Of a stretch of DNA of 64,000 nucleotides, positions 28,016 to 37,675 are shown in pieces. Made by a program: the position numbers and the translations under genes. Positions within the stretch are counted from its first letter, which is position 1; each line of letters begins with the position of its first letter. Source of the DNA: Nitrososphaeria archaeon (GTDB lineage Archaea > Thermoproteota > Nitrososphaeria > Conexivisphaerales > UBA164); the NCBI GenBank assembly GCA_049976505.1, contig JBMFIC010000005.1, positions 3,315 through 67,314 of the forward strand, written 5' to 3'. The notes under the pieces were generated by a model. That model was not told where the DNA came from and made no database searches. It saw nothing but the letters and a program-made list of their open reading frames with translations.

Positions 28016-29022
28016 GGATAGGGGTAATAGGATATGGCTCGGTCGGCATGGCCTTTCATAAGCTGGTCATGGAGAAGTACTGGGAGCTGAAGACCAGGTA
28101 CGGGCTTGTGCCCCAGGTTGTCTTCATATGTGACAGCTCCGGCTGCGCCTGCAGGGAGGAGGGGCTGGATCCCTCAGAGGCCGTAAAGGTGAAGTCGAGT
28201 GGACAGAAGCTATCATCAGCGTACAGGGTAATCGACGTCTACGAGGCCATCAGGAGGTGCTCCATAGACGTGGCCGTGGAGTGCACGCCGGCCAACTTCA
28301 TGGACGCTGAGCCTGCCTACTCCTACATAATGGAGGCCCTGAGGAACGGATCAAACGTCATAACGACCAACAAGGGGCCAATGGCCCTCTACATGCCGGC
28401 CATACTCGACGAGGCCAGGTCTAGGGGCCTTGTGGTGCTCTACAGCGGGACGGTTGGAGGGGGCACGCCTTTCATATCGTTTGTGGAGAGGGCGCTGAGG
28501 GGGAACAGGATAACCTCCTTCAGGGGTATACTTAACGGCACATCGAACTACGTCCTTACCAGGATTATGAAGGACGGCATGAGCCTGGAGGAGGCCGTTG
28601 CTGAGGCCAGGAGGATGGGCATAGCCGAGGCCGACCCCTCGCTCGACCTGAACGGCACGGACAGCGCCGCCAAGCTCGTAATACTGATGAACCACATATT
28701 TGAGAACAGGTACACGCTGAGGGACGTGAAGATAAGCGGCCTCGACAGGGAGATACCTGAGCCTGAAAGGGGGCACACCGTGAAGCTCATAGCGAGGTCG
28801 CATCCTGAGCCGCGCGTGTCCCTCGAGCAGATACCCCTGGGCGACCCGCTCAACGTTGAGGGCACTTACAACGCAGTCGAGTTCAGCGTGGAGGAGCTGG
28901 GCAAGGTCTACCTTATAGGAAGGGGGGCAGGAGGAAGGGAAACGGCCGGGGCGGTAATAAGGGATCTTGTCGAGCTGAAGAGCAGGCTTCAGATATATCA
29001 CTACAGGAAGGAGCTGCTCTAG
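28012..29022 (+). CDS. hom: Homoserine dehydrogenase
   Basis: MRIGVIGYGSVG Rossmann start, ..VITTNKGP..ILNGTSNY.. blocks. TTGA overlap with thrC. Confidence 0.85.
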   Translation: MRIGVIGYGSVGMAFHKLVMEKYWELKTRYGLVPQVVFICDSSGCACREEGLDPSEAVKVKSSGQKLSSAYRVIDVYEAIRRCSIDVAVECTPANFMDAEPAYSYIMEALRNGSNVITTNKGPMALYMPAILDEARSRGLVVLYSGTVGGGTPFISFVERALRGNRITSFRGILNGTSNYVLTRIMKDGMSLEEAVAEARRMGIAEADPSLDLNGTDSAAKLVILMNHIFENRYTLRDVKISGLDREIPEPERGHTVKLIARSHPEPRVSLEQIPLGDPLNVEGTYNAVEFSVEELGKVYLIGRGAGGRETAGAVIRDLVELKSRLQIYHYRKELL

Positions 29023-29071
29023 CAGCAAACTGAGAAACCCATTTATACTGATCAGCAGTTATAACAGGCTG

Positions 29072-29623
29072 ATGACCAGGCCGGCCCTTATAGTTGTTGA
29101 CATGCTGAACGAGTTCGTCAACGGGAGGCTCTCGACCCCTGAGGCAAAAAGCACGGTTGGCCCGGCCAGGAGGACGCTGGAGGAGTTCAGGAGGAGGGGT
29201 CTCAGGGTCTTCTTCGTAAAGGACTCGCACAGGGAGGAGGACTTCGAGCTTGCCCTCTGGGGGCCTCATGCTATGCACGGGACGAAGGACTCTGAGATAA
29301 TCGAGGAGCTCAGGCCCCTCGAGGGGGAGCCGGTGATTGAGAAGCACACGTACTCAGGCTTTTTCGAAACGCCCCTGGACTACTTCCTGAGGACAAACGG
29401 GATAGACACGGTCTTTCTCATAGGCCTTGACGCCGACATCTGCGTGAGGCACACGGCAGCTGACGCGTTCTTCAGGGGCTACAGGATATACGTCGTCAGG
29501 GACGCCGTGGCTGCCTACATTGACAGGAACTGGGAGGAGTACTTCAGAAGGATCTACGGGGCAAAGATAGTAAAAAGCGAGGAAGTGGGACAGGTCCTGG
29601 ATATGCTGACGAAGCAGGAGTAA
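29072..29623 (+). CDS. Isochorismatase-family cysteine hydrolase (nicotinamidase PncA-like)
   Basis: ALIVVDMLNEF (Asp), ..EKHTYSGF (Lys), GLDADICVRHTA (Cys) triad layout. Confidence 0.75.
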   Translation: MTRPALIVVDMLNEFVNGRLSTPEAKSTVGPARRTLEEFRRRGLRVFFVKDSHREEDFELALWGPHAMHGTKDSEIIEELRPLEGEPVIEKHTYSGFFETPLDYFLRTNGIDTVFLIGLDADICVRHTAADAFFRGYRIYVVRDAVAAYIDRNWEEYFRRIYGAKIVKSEEVGQVLDMLTKQE

Positions 29624-29699
29624 AGCAGCAGGCCCATGTCCCTGAGCTGGACGGCCAGGGCCCGGAAACCTTTAATTTCCAAGCGATCAACATAGCTAC

Positions 29700-30938
29700 A
29701 TGCAGCACGACGTAAAGCATCCGGAGCTGAAGGATCTGGGGCACAAGAAGATAAACTGGGTCGCAGACAGGATGAAGGTCCTGAACGAGCTGGTGAGCGA
29801 GAGGCTGAGCTCGCAGCCCCTCAGGGGCATAAGGGTTGGAATAAGCCTGCACCTTGAGGCAAAGACGGCCTACCTCGCAATATCTCTCAAGAAGCTGGGG
29901 GCAGAGGTCAGCATCACCAGCAGCAACCCAATAACCGCGCAGGATGACGTGGCGGCCGCCCTAACCGACTACGTGGATCACGTGTACGCCTGGAGGGGAG
30001 AAACGCCCGATGAGTACGAGCTTAACCACCGGAGGATACTGGAGCTCGAGCCCAACGTGATAGTGGACGACGGGGCAGATCTTTCGCTCATGGCCATAAG
30101 CTCGGGCAGGTATGCAGGCGTGTTCGGGGTTTCCGAGGAGACGACGACTGGCGTGAGGAGGCTCAGGGCCCTTGAAAGGGAGGGCAGGCTGAAGTTTCCC
30201 GCCATCGCGGTCAACGATGCAAAGGGCAAGTACCTCTACGACAACAGGTTCGGGAGCGGGCAGAGCGTTGTCGATGGAATAATGAGGGCGACGAACTCGA
30301 TGATAGGCGGCAAGGAGGCCGTCGTTGTCGGATACGGATGGGTGGGAAAGGGCGTGGCTGAGAGGCTGAGAGGACTGGGCGCCCGCGTCACCGTCGTGGA
30401 GGTTGATCCGTTCAAGGCGCTTGAGGCCTACTTCGACGGCTACAGGGTCACGAACATGGATGAGGCGGCTGAGTACGGGGACATATTTGTAACCTGCACG
30501 GGCGACGTCAGGGTCATAACTGGCAGACATTTCCTGAAGATGAAGGATGGGGCCTTCCTCAGCAACGCAGGGCACTTTGACGTTGAGGTGGACGTCGAGT
30601 GGCTGAGGAGGAACGCAAGGTCCCTTGGAGAGGTCAGACCAAACGTGACGGCCTACCAGCTGCAAAACGGCAGGAAGGTTTACCTTCTCGCTGAGGGAAG
30701 GCTCGTTAACCTCGGGGCAGCGGACGGGCATCCGATAGAGATAATGGACCTCTCGTTCTCGCTGCAGCTAATGGGAGTCCTTTACCTGGTTGAGAACAGG
30801 GGGAGGCTCGAGAACAGAGTCTACAACGTGCCAGAGGAGGTTGACAGGAAGGTCGTGGAGACTTTCCTGAGGATAAACGGGATAAAGCTCGAGGAGCTGA
30901 CCCCCGAGCAAAAGGAGTACCTTGAAAGCTGGAAGTGA
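29700..30938 (+). CDS. ahcY: Adenosylhomocysteinase
   Basis: 412 aa. SEETTTGV, DNRFGSGQS, VVGYGWVGKG and HFDVEVD blocks. Confidence 0.92.
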   Translation: MQHDVKHPELKDLGHKKINWVADRMKVLNELVSERLSSQPLRGIRVGISLHLEAKTAYLAISLKKLGAEVSITSSNPITAQDDVAAALTDYVDHVYAWRGETPDEYELNHRRILELEPNVIVDDGADLSLMAISSGRYAGVFGVSEETTTGVRRLRALEREGRLKFPAIAVNDAKGKYLYDNRFGSGQSVVDGIMRATNSMIGGKEAVVVGYGWVGKGVAERLRGLGARVTVVEVDPFKALEAYFDGYRVTNMDEAAEYGDIFVTCTGDVRVITGRHFLKMKDGAFLSNAGHFDVEVDVEWLRRNARSLGEVRPNVTAYQLQNGRKVYLLAEGRLVNLGAADGHPIEIMDLSFSLQLMGVLYLVENRGRLENRVYNVPEEVDRKVVETFLRINGIKLEELTPEQKEYLESWK

Positions 30939-31298
30939 GCCTAACAGGGAGCTCAGCGAGCTGGAGAAGATGATACTGGTTCACATATACAAGTACGGCC
31001 CGGACGCCCATGGCTCCTGGCCAGGAGGCTCATGGGGACGAGCGGCTGGGTCCCAAAGTACGATGAGGACGAAATGGAAAGGGCCTGCAGAAGGCTCGAG
31101 GAGATGGGGCTTCTGGAGAGGTACACAGGATCGCTCAAGTGGCTTCCGACCTCTTCCATAAAGCCCTGGCTCAAGTTCAAGCAGAGAAACAGGGACGTGA
31201 AGCCCCACGGAGTGTATTACCAGCTCACGAAGGAGGGAAGAAGGCTTGCGAAGACGCTTAAGAAGGAGTACGAGTCGAGGAACGCGCATCAATCATAA
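30922..31298 (+). pseudogene. DUF2250-like winged-helix protein, interrupted by a 1-nt frameshift in a C3 run
   Basis: Frame A: ..LSELEKMILVHIYKYGPDA. Frame B continues PWLLARRLMGTSGWVPKYDEDEMERACRRLEEMGLLERY..PHGVYYQLTKEGRRL. One extra C in CCC (31007..31009) joins them into one ~125-aa ORF. Confidence 0.7.
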
Positions 31299-31440
31299 TT
31301 ATATCATCATAGCCCTTGCTGTGCCGTTCACTTTCAAGCCTCTGAGGCGTCGGGAAAAAGCTTAAACGCGGCCTCTGTGCCTCTGGCAACTTAAAAGGAA
31401 AAATTAATATTTATCACGATTAAGGGTTAAGCGAAGAGCT

Positions 31441-32403
31441 ATGCCAGAGAAGAATCTGATTGTTATAGCACTTGGTGGAAACGCTCTGCTACAGAGGGGT
31501 CAGAAGGGAACTTTCCAGGAACAGTACGAGAACACGAAGGTGACAGCAAAGAAGATAGCTGACCTCATAGAGAGGGGCTATAAGGTAGTAATAACCCACG
31601 GAAACGGCCCCCAGGTGGGAGCCCAGCTGCTCAGGCACGACGCAGGACAGAAGCTCTACGGCGTTCCGGCGTTTCCGATGGACGTCGCTGGAGCCGAGAC
31701 ACAGGGCTTCATAGGCTACATGATCCAGCAGTCTCTCAGGAACGAGCTCAAGGCCAGGAAGATCGACAAGTACGTGGTCACGATCGTTACCAGGACCATC
31801 GTGGACGAGAACGACCCAGCTTTCAAGAACCCGACCAAGCCGGTTGGCCCCTTCTACAAGAAGGAGGAGGTTGACGAGCTCAGGAAGCAGTTCCCCGACT
31901 GGGTCTTCAAGGAGGACGCAGGAAGGGGCTGGAGGAGGGTAGTTCCATCTCCTGATCCAAAGCTCATAGCTGAGAGGTACGCCATAAAGACGCTGGTAGA
32001 TGCAGGGTTCGTGGTGATTGCAAGCGGCGGCGGAGGAATACCGATAATCGAGAAGGACGGAGTGGCCTACGGAGTCGAGGCCGTGATCGACAAGGACCTG
32101 GCCGGACAGAGGCTTGCAACGCTGGTAGGCGCAAGCAGGTTCATAATAGCAACTGACGTGGACGGAGCCTACCTGAACTGGGGAACTCCGAACCAGAAGA
32201 GGCTTGAGAGGGTAACCGTCGAGGAGATGAAGAAGTACTACGCTGAGGGACACTTCAAGGAGGGCAGCATGGGCCCAAAGGTGCTCGCGGCGATAAGGTT
32301 CGTTGAGGCAGGCGGAGAGGCAGCAACGATCGGGCACCTGTTCGACCTGACCGAGCTAGTCGAGGAGAAGAAGGGAACTACAGTATACTCGTCACTGGGT
32401 TAA
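31441..32403 (+). CDS. arcC: Carbamate kinase
   Basis: [30 protein letters not shown].. are canonical carbamate kinase blocks. Confidence 0.9.
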   Translation: MPEKNLIVIALGGNALLQRGQKGTFQEQYENTKVTAKKIADLIERGYKVVITHGNGPQVGAQLLRHDAGQKLYGVPAFPMDVAGAETQGFIGYMIQQSLRNELKARKIDKYVVTIVTRTIVDENDPAFKNPTKPVGPFYKKEEVDELRKQFPDWVFKEDAGRGWRRVVPSPDPKLIAERYAIKTLVDAGFVVIASGGGGIPIIEKDGVAYGVEAVIDKDLAGQRLATLVGASRFIIATDVDGAYLNWGTPNQKRLERVTVEEMKKYYAEGHFKEGSMGPKVLAAIRFVEAGGEAATIGHLFDLTELVEEKKGTTVYSSLG

Positions 32404-32967
32404 CTTCTGAAGCTCCTTCATTTTTTCCTCGTTTCTTTTTTCCTCCTCTTTTATCTGGTCTATCTTCCACTCGAGGGCCTTTATGAACTCCGAGTTGTCC
32501 GTTTCCCTGAGCGGGTTTCCGCACTCAGGACAAACGAAGAAGTGCTCGATGGCCTCCTCAAACGTGTACTTCTTGCAGGTCGGGGTCCCGCACCAGTAGA
32601 AGGCGTGGGACTTCTCGTACTCGAGCCTGCTTGTAAGCTTCTTCAGTATGACCTCCCTGGTCCTCCTGAGGAACACGTCTATCTGATCCCTCTGTATTCT
32701 CCACCGGTATATGAGCCAGCCCTTCTTTGGATCCTTATCCCTTATTCCTGCTATCAGCCCCCTTTCGTACAGGTCGTAGAGGACCTTCCTGACCTTGTTT
32801 ATCTTCAGCCCGGTTGCGCTGGCGATCTCCTCGTCCGTTGCGTCAGGGTTGTTCAGGATGGCCCTTGCAACCTTTATGTAATCCTCGTCGCCTATCATCG
32901 CTGCGACCTTGACAAAGGTGTCCTCGTATTCCAGCTTAACCATGAGCCTTTTAAATGATTTTAACAT
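32392..32967 (-). CDS. tfe: Transcription factor E (TFE alpha)
   Basis: Winged helix ([17 protein letters not shown]) plus zinc ribbon (C..C..CPECG). The second ATG at 32943 may be the true leaderless start. Confidence 0.85.
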   Translation of the reverse strand: MLKSFKRLMVKLEYEDTFVKVAAMIGDEDYIKVARAILNNPDATDEEIASATGLKINKVRKVLYDLYERGLIAGIRDKDPKKGWLIYRWRIQRDQIDVFLRRTREVILKKLTSRLEYEKSHAFYWCGTPTCKKYTFEEAIEHFFVCPECGNPLRETDNSEFIKALEWKIDQIKEEEKRNEEKMKELQKLTQ

Positions 32968-33120
32968 ATAAACGTTATAACAAAAACGCAGAGGGCCATG
33001 GAGCTAAATGACGCAGCGGCCTCTTCTGTAGTCAAATGGTGCTCAATAAAGTTGTTGGTTGTGGTAAAGTAACTTTGACTATTATTCTTTTAAGAGCACT
33101 TTACAAAGATCCTCATTAGG

Positions 33121-34266
33121 ATGGAGTCTTCATTTGTTATCAGCTTTGATCCATCTTTACCCATTAATAGGCTCTTCATTAATGAGAGGTTTGTAAGGAT
33201 AATCAACGATCTCAACATCGTCGAGAGGTACTTCGACAACAGGCTTGTCAAGGAGATGTTCGAGTACTACGACAGGAACGTCTACAGGCCTCTCGCCAAC
33301 GCGGCTCTGACGGCGGCCAAGCTTAACCTGCCGGTATACATGGCCGTAACTGGGGTTTTCCTCGAGATGGCCTACAAGTACGATCAGGAGCTCTTCAAGA
33401 AGATCTACGCCGCCTCGTCGACTGGCAAGGTGAAGATCATACCCAGCACGTTCTACGGTGGTCTGTACCCCCTCTGCGAGAGCTCAGGAGAGGAGATTGG
33501 GGAGCAGGTCAAGCTGGTTTCTGAGCTCACGGCAAAGTACGGGCTCCAGAGGGCCCCCGTGGCCGTCATGCCTTATCTCATCTACAACGAATGGGTCGAG
33601 AAGGGGGCAAAGGCGGCAGGAGCGGAGTACGTGATCACGGAGGAGGTTGATGGGTTCACCAGTCACAGATACCTCTACACAAACTCGTCGAACGACCTGA
33701 GGATAGTCATCAGGAACAGGGAGGCGTCGCTGGCCCTTGCCGATGGGCAGTTCGACAGGCTCGGAAAGGACGTAGAAGGGTTAATCTACGTTAGCGCTGA
33801 GGAGGTGGCGCAGAAAGGGGAAGCGTTTGCTGAAGTGCTTGGGAATTACATCTACAGGGGGGGCCTAGATCTGAAGGAGGTGCCTCCTTCAAAGCTGCCT
33901 GCCAGCGGAACGCTCTACGCGCCTGGAAGGCCATACCTCTACGATCTTTCATACGGATCGCCAACCCCGCTCTGGGAGAGGGAGAAGGCACAGACGATGC
34001 TGCTGAGCAAGGCCTGCTCGCTCCTCTCATACGTCAGATGGCTGGGGGATCAGAGGATGCTCCAGATCTGGAGGATACTTCTCCAAGCTGACCTCTTTCT
34101 GGCGATGACGGGCGAGCCATCAAGGAGGGCAAAGGTTATGGCCGACAAGGAGGAGGCCAAGCTGAGCTACGCGTACATACTGGGGGACTTCGAGGGGAAG
34201 CTGGCCTCTATGATACTTAAGAAGAAGGAAAAGGCAGCGGTTCAGGAGGCAAGGCCAAAATTATAG
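33121..34266 (+). CDS. Hypothetical protein, GH57-like architecture with apparently degenerate catalytic positions
   Basis: 381 aa. The block order resembles GH57 (..AVTGVFLEM..GKVKIIPSTFYGGLYPL..YGL..PVAVMPYLIYNEW..AGAEYVITEE). The HxHxP-like N-terminal block reads ISFDPSLP and the WxPE-like block reads VMPYLIY. By-eye alignment only. Confidence 0.35.
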   Translation: MESSFVISFDPSLPINRLFINERFVRIINDLNIVERYFDNRLVKEMFEYYDRNVYRPLANAALTAAKLNLPVYMAVTGVFLEMAYKYDQELFKKIYAASSTGKVKIIPSTFYGGLYPLCESSGEEIGEQVKLVSELTAKYGLQRAPVAVMPYLIYNEWVEKGAKAAGAEYVITEEVDGFTSHRYLYTNSSNDLRIVIRNREASLALADGQFDRLGKDVEGLIYVSAEEVAQKGEAFAEVLGNYIYRGGLDLKEVPPSKLPASGTLYAPGRPYLYDLSYGSPTPLWEREKAQTMLLSKACSLLSYVRWLGDQRMLQIWRILLQADLFLAMTGEPSRRAKVMADKEEAKLSYAYILGDFEGKLASMILKKKEKAAVQEARPKL

Positions 34267-34304
34267 GCAACGTTTAAACACTCAGAGGAGAAAAAAAATT
34301 CTGA

Positions 34305-35072
34305 ATGGAGAGCAAGAGGGATTCGCTGCTGAGCCGCATAATCAACATTGAGAAGCCCTACTTCTTCGTCCCCGTCGTGGCGCTCATATCGTTCCTGCTG
34401 TTCTGGATAGGGCTCATGTTCTTCTACGTCACCCCTCTATCCCAGATATACTGGTACGCCTTCTCCGTGCTCATATCGCTCCTCTTCGCCTTTTCGGTCT
34501 ACGCGAACCCGTCCTTCAGGTCATGGAAGGTCTATCTTGGCTCGATAATCTTCTTCTACTCGATGATAATCTTCATAGGGGCCATGCCTGGATACTACAT
34601 GGCCAAGATGCTTCCCCAGGCAGTCAGCCAGGCCAACCAGACCATAGTCTCGATAAGGACCGAGTACAGGAGCGTGTTCTCGATGGCCGGAGCGATCTTC
34701 AGCAACAACGTCAGGATAGACGCCGTGAGCTTCGTGCCCTTTGTCGGTCCATTCGTTTTGGCAATGGCGATAGTGAACACGAGCTCCGTGGTCTGGGGCC
34801 TCACCTTCACGGAGATGTTCTCCAACAATCCGTACTGGTTCGTGGGACCTCTAGCCGTGATAATTGCGCCTGACACGTTCACCGAGTTCAGCTCGTACGT
34901 CCTTTCGCTCATAGGTGGGCTCTACCTGTTCAGGGCCCTGAGCTCCTTGAGCCTTCCCGATGAGAGAAACAGGAGCCTAGTCAGGGCCTTCATCTTCCTG
35001 GCCCTGTCGCTGGTCCTTCTGTATCTGTCGGCGCTCCTGGAGGCCTACCTTATAATTCGCTTCGGGCTCTGA
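34305..35072 (+). CDS. SpoIIM/DUF95-like integral membrane protein
   Basis: 255 aa, ~6 TM. FSNNVRIDAVSFVPFVGP..TEFSSYVLSLIGG resembles the stage-II-sporulation-M family core. Confidence 0.55.
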   Translation: MESKRDSLLSRIINIEKPYFFVPVVALISFLLFWIGLMFFYVTPLSQIYWYAFSVLISLLFAFSVYANPSFRSWKVYLGSIIFFYSMIIFIGAMPGYYMAKMLPQAVSQANQTIVSIRTEYRSVFSMAGAIFSNNVRIDAVSFVPFVGPFVLAMAIVNTSSVVWGLTFTEMFSNNPYWFVGPLAVIIAPDTFTEFSSYVLSLIGGLYLFRALSSLSLPDERNRSLVRAFIFLALSLVLLYLSALLEAYLIIRFGL

Positions 35073-35159
35073 CCCCCAGCTCCGTTTTAAGCTTATATGT
35101 CAGATCGTCCAGACCGGATGTTAAACGTTAAATAATGTCAAGTTTTCTAGATACTTTTA

Positions 35160-36173
35160 GTGAAAGCTCACAGGGCTGTTCTTTACGGGCTGTCAACTGA
35201 AGGGATAACCCTAGTTAACGGTTTGGTAAAGGCCGACGAGTACCTTATCATAGATGAGAACACAAGGCTTGCAAACAGCTACAACAGAAAGCTCAGCCAG
35301 CTCATGAGGAGCGAGGACCTGTCAGACATAGTTCCCGGGGCATCGGCCCTGGGAGGCGCCACCCTGATATTCTTCGGGCCAAAGCAGAGGCCCTTCTCCG
35401 ACTGGTCCAACGTCACGTTTCACCTCAAGTTCATAGCCGCAAACCTGAGGAGGGGTCAGCACGTGGTGAACGTGCTTCCGGTTGAGAAGGGAAGGAACTA
35501 CCAGATGATCGAGGTCCTCGAGACGATAAGCGGGTTCAAGGCCGGAAAGGACTTCGGATATCACTACTTTCCCGTGGGAAGCCCTGGGGCGCTCGCGAGC
35601 ATCTACGATGGAAAGAGGGAGCAGTGGATGGCCCAGGGGTCCGACATGGAGAGCGCGGAGGAGAAGTACCTGATAGATGCCATGGACTCGTTCGGGGAGA
35701 AGGTGAGAAAGGTCTGGCTGAGGAGGGGCTCGGACACCTTCATATCATACTACGTTAAGGGCTCATACGCCATCTCGCTCGTGCCGAACAGCTTCGGAAA
35801 GAACTCGACCCTCACGAGCCTCTCAAGGGTTTACCTGAAGTCCGTCGACGACTTCATGAGCTTCGTCTCAGAGAGGATAAAGGAGAGGGTTAAGGAGCTC
35901 ACGATAAAGCCGGCAAGGGCGTCGATATACCTCGTGTGGGATGCCGACGCGAACGAGATACTGGGGGAGTCAGAGTACTACAGGGAGAGGTTCAGGCAGA
36001 AGCTGAACGAATCATTCGCGAGGACAGAAAGCATAAGCATGGAGAAGATCGAGAGCTACGTCCTGAACTTCCAGCTCGCGAAGGAGGAGGTCCTCGTGGT
36101 GTGCGATGAGCTCTCCGAGAGCAGGCTCAAGGACAAGGTTGAGGTGCAGAAGATCATAAGGGCCGCGATCTGA
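35160..36173 (+). CDS. Hypothetical protein, nucleotide-sugar dehydrogenase-like layout without canonical GxGxxG
   Basis: 337 aa. Rossmann-like AVLYGLSTEGITLVNGL..IIDE; ..LIFFGPKQ..RRGQHVVNVLPVEKG..DFGYHYFPVGS parallels UDP-glucose/GDP-mannose dehydrogenase blocks. GTG start. By eye only. Confidence 0.3.
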   Translation: MKAHRAVLYGLSTEGITLVNGLVKADEYLIIDENTRLANSYNRKLSQLMRSEDLSDIVPGASALGGATLIFFGPKQRPFSDWSNVTFHLKFIAANLRRGQHVVNVLPVEKGRNYQMIEVLETISGFKAGKDFGYHYFPVGSPGALASIYDGKREQWMAQGSDMESAEEKYLIDAMDSFGEKVRKVWLRRGSDTFISYYVKGSYAISLVPNSFGKNSTLTSLSRVYLKSVDDFMSFVSERIKERVKELTIKPARASIYLVWDADANEILGESEYYRERFRQKLNESFARTESISMEKIESYVLNFQLAKEEVLVVCDELSESRLKDKVEVQKIIRAAI

Positions 36174-37119
36174 GCTCCTCCAGGGCCTCTATCAGCAGCC
36201 TCAGGGAGTCCTCGAACCCTGGTCTCGTGTACGTGATCCTGAAGTAGGGGCCTGTGGCTCCGAAGAGCCGCCCAGGAACCACGCTGACCGACTTCCTGCT
36301 GTAGGCCCATTCGGCGACCTGCAGGTCATCGAGGTTAGTGTAGGACGAGTAGTCAACAAAGGCAACGGTCCCTGGCAGGGGGGCCCTGTTCATGTAGAAC
36401 TTCAGCTCTCCCATGCTGCTGAGAAGCGCTGAGAGCCTGCGCCTCTGCTTCTCCCTAACCGCAGCCTTTATCTTCTCGTTGTTCTGCAGGACTCTCCCTG
36501 CTATGCACATGCTGTGCCTCGAGACAGGATCGAAGAGTATGCCCCTCATGTCCTCCATCATCCTGGCAGTGCTCCTGTCGGGCGCTATCACCCATCCCAC
36601 CCTTATCTCGTCTCCCCCGTAGAACTTGGTCATGGTGTTTATCCTGAAGGCGTCGCAGCCGTATCTAACTTCATCGAGATCCATCACGAACTGCATGAAG
36701 GTCTCGTCGATCACGCAGTACCTGAAGCCCTCCGGAGGGTCCACGAGGGTCCCGGTTGGGTTGTTTGGGTTGCTCGCTATGAAAGCTCCACCTTCTCCCC
36801 TTTTCATGCCATAGAGGGCCGGCGCCTTGAAAATGAGCTCGTACTCGGGGATGGTGTGAGCGAACTCGTAGATCCCAAGCCTCCTGAGCGCCGCGAGGAC
36901 GTAGTTCATTGCCTCGGTTGCACCGTGGGTAACCACGACCCTTTCGGGCTCCTCTCCGCTGATCTCGGCTATCAGCTCCCTCAGCTCCCGTTCCTCGGAG
37001 AGGCCGCATGACCTGAAGTGATCAGACAGGTCGACCTCGCCGATCATGCCGCTCTGAGATAGGTCGTGCTCAGCGCGGTGAGAGAGTATCCATCTCCCTA
37101 TCTCAAACTCAGCGTTCAC
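36154..37119 (-). CDS. Class I/II PLP-dependent aminotransferase (HisC/CobD-like)
   Basis: THGATEAMN..ASNPNNPTG..IDETFMQF..TMTKFYGGDEIRVGW (PLP-Lys). GTG start. Confidence 0.75.
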   Translation of the reverse strand: MNAEFEIGRWILSHRAEHDLSQSGMIGEVDLSDHFRSCGLSEERELRELIAEISGEEPERVVVTHGATEAMNYVLAALRRLGIYEFAHTIPEYELIFKAPALYGMKRGEGGAFIASNPNNPTGTLVDPPEGFRYCVIDETFMQFVMDLDEVRYGCDAFRINTMTKFYGGDEIRVGWVIAPDRSTARMMEDMRGILFDPVSRHSMCIAGRVLQNNEKIKAAVREKQRRRLSALLSSMGELKFYMNRAPLPGTVAFVDYSSYTNLDDLQVAEWAYSRKSVSVVPGRLFGATGPYFRITYTRPGFEDSLRLLIEALEELRSRPL

Positions 37120-37165
37120 GCTCCTTCTCCATGATGCCTCCTATTAAACGTTTAAATCAGCGAGA

Positions 37166-37636
37166 TTGAGCATTATTAATGTGAAGATCAGGCTCTTCGG
37201 CAGGAAAGTCTCAGGGCAGGCGGGTCCTGAGGACGCGAAGAGGAGGCTGAGCTACCTCCGGCTCCAGAAGGAGATAGTCTCGGACGCGCTCCTCAAGGTC
37301 TACAGCATGCAGGAGCTGGACCCTGAGATAAGGGAAACGCTGATCCAGAAGTACAAGAACGAGCTCAGGGAGATAAACAGGGAGATGTACGAGCTTTCAA
37401 GCGCAGCCGAGCTTCAGGATCTTATCGAGCTCAGGGAGGAGCTGGTCAGGACCATAAACGAGAAGATACAGGCAATAGACAGGAGGATCGAGGAGCTCAG
37501 GAAGGAGATACAGGGCAGGGCCTCAAGGGAGGAGAGGAAGGCGGAGATGCAGCAGGAGGGCGAGGATGAGGACATAGATGAGCTGTACAGGAAGGTCAAC
37601 TCGATACTGGAGAAGCTCGAGAAGATAGACGCTTAG
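37166..37636 (+). CDS. Coiled-coil hypothetical protein
   Basis: 156 aa, E/K/R/L-rich heptad-like sequence with an acidic tail. TTG start (GTG 37181 possible). Confidence 0.45.
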   Translation: MSIINVKIRLFGRKVSGQAGPEDAKRRLSYLRLQKEIVSDALLKVYSMQELDPEIRETLIQKYKNELREINREMYELSSAAELQDLIELREELVRTINEKIQAIDRRIEELRKEIQGRASREERKAEMQQEGEDEDIDELYRKVNSILEKLEKIDA

Positions 37637-37675
37637 CGCTAAAGATTATAAATTATATTAGGAATTATTTTACCC

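Noticed and set aside
32990-33075. Imperfect inverted repeat (CAGAGGGCC..GGCCTCTTCTG) and a 24-codon ORF in the tfe / 33121 spacer.
   Set aside because: The stem is imperfect, the ORF is tiny with no SD or TATA context, and the region is most simply divergent promoter DNA.
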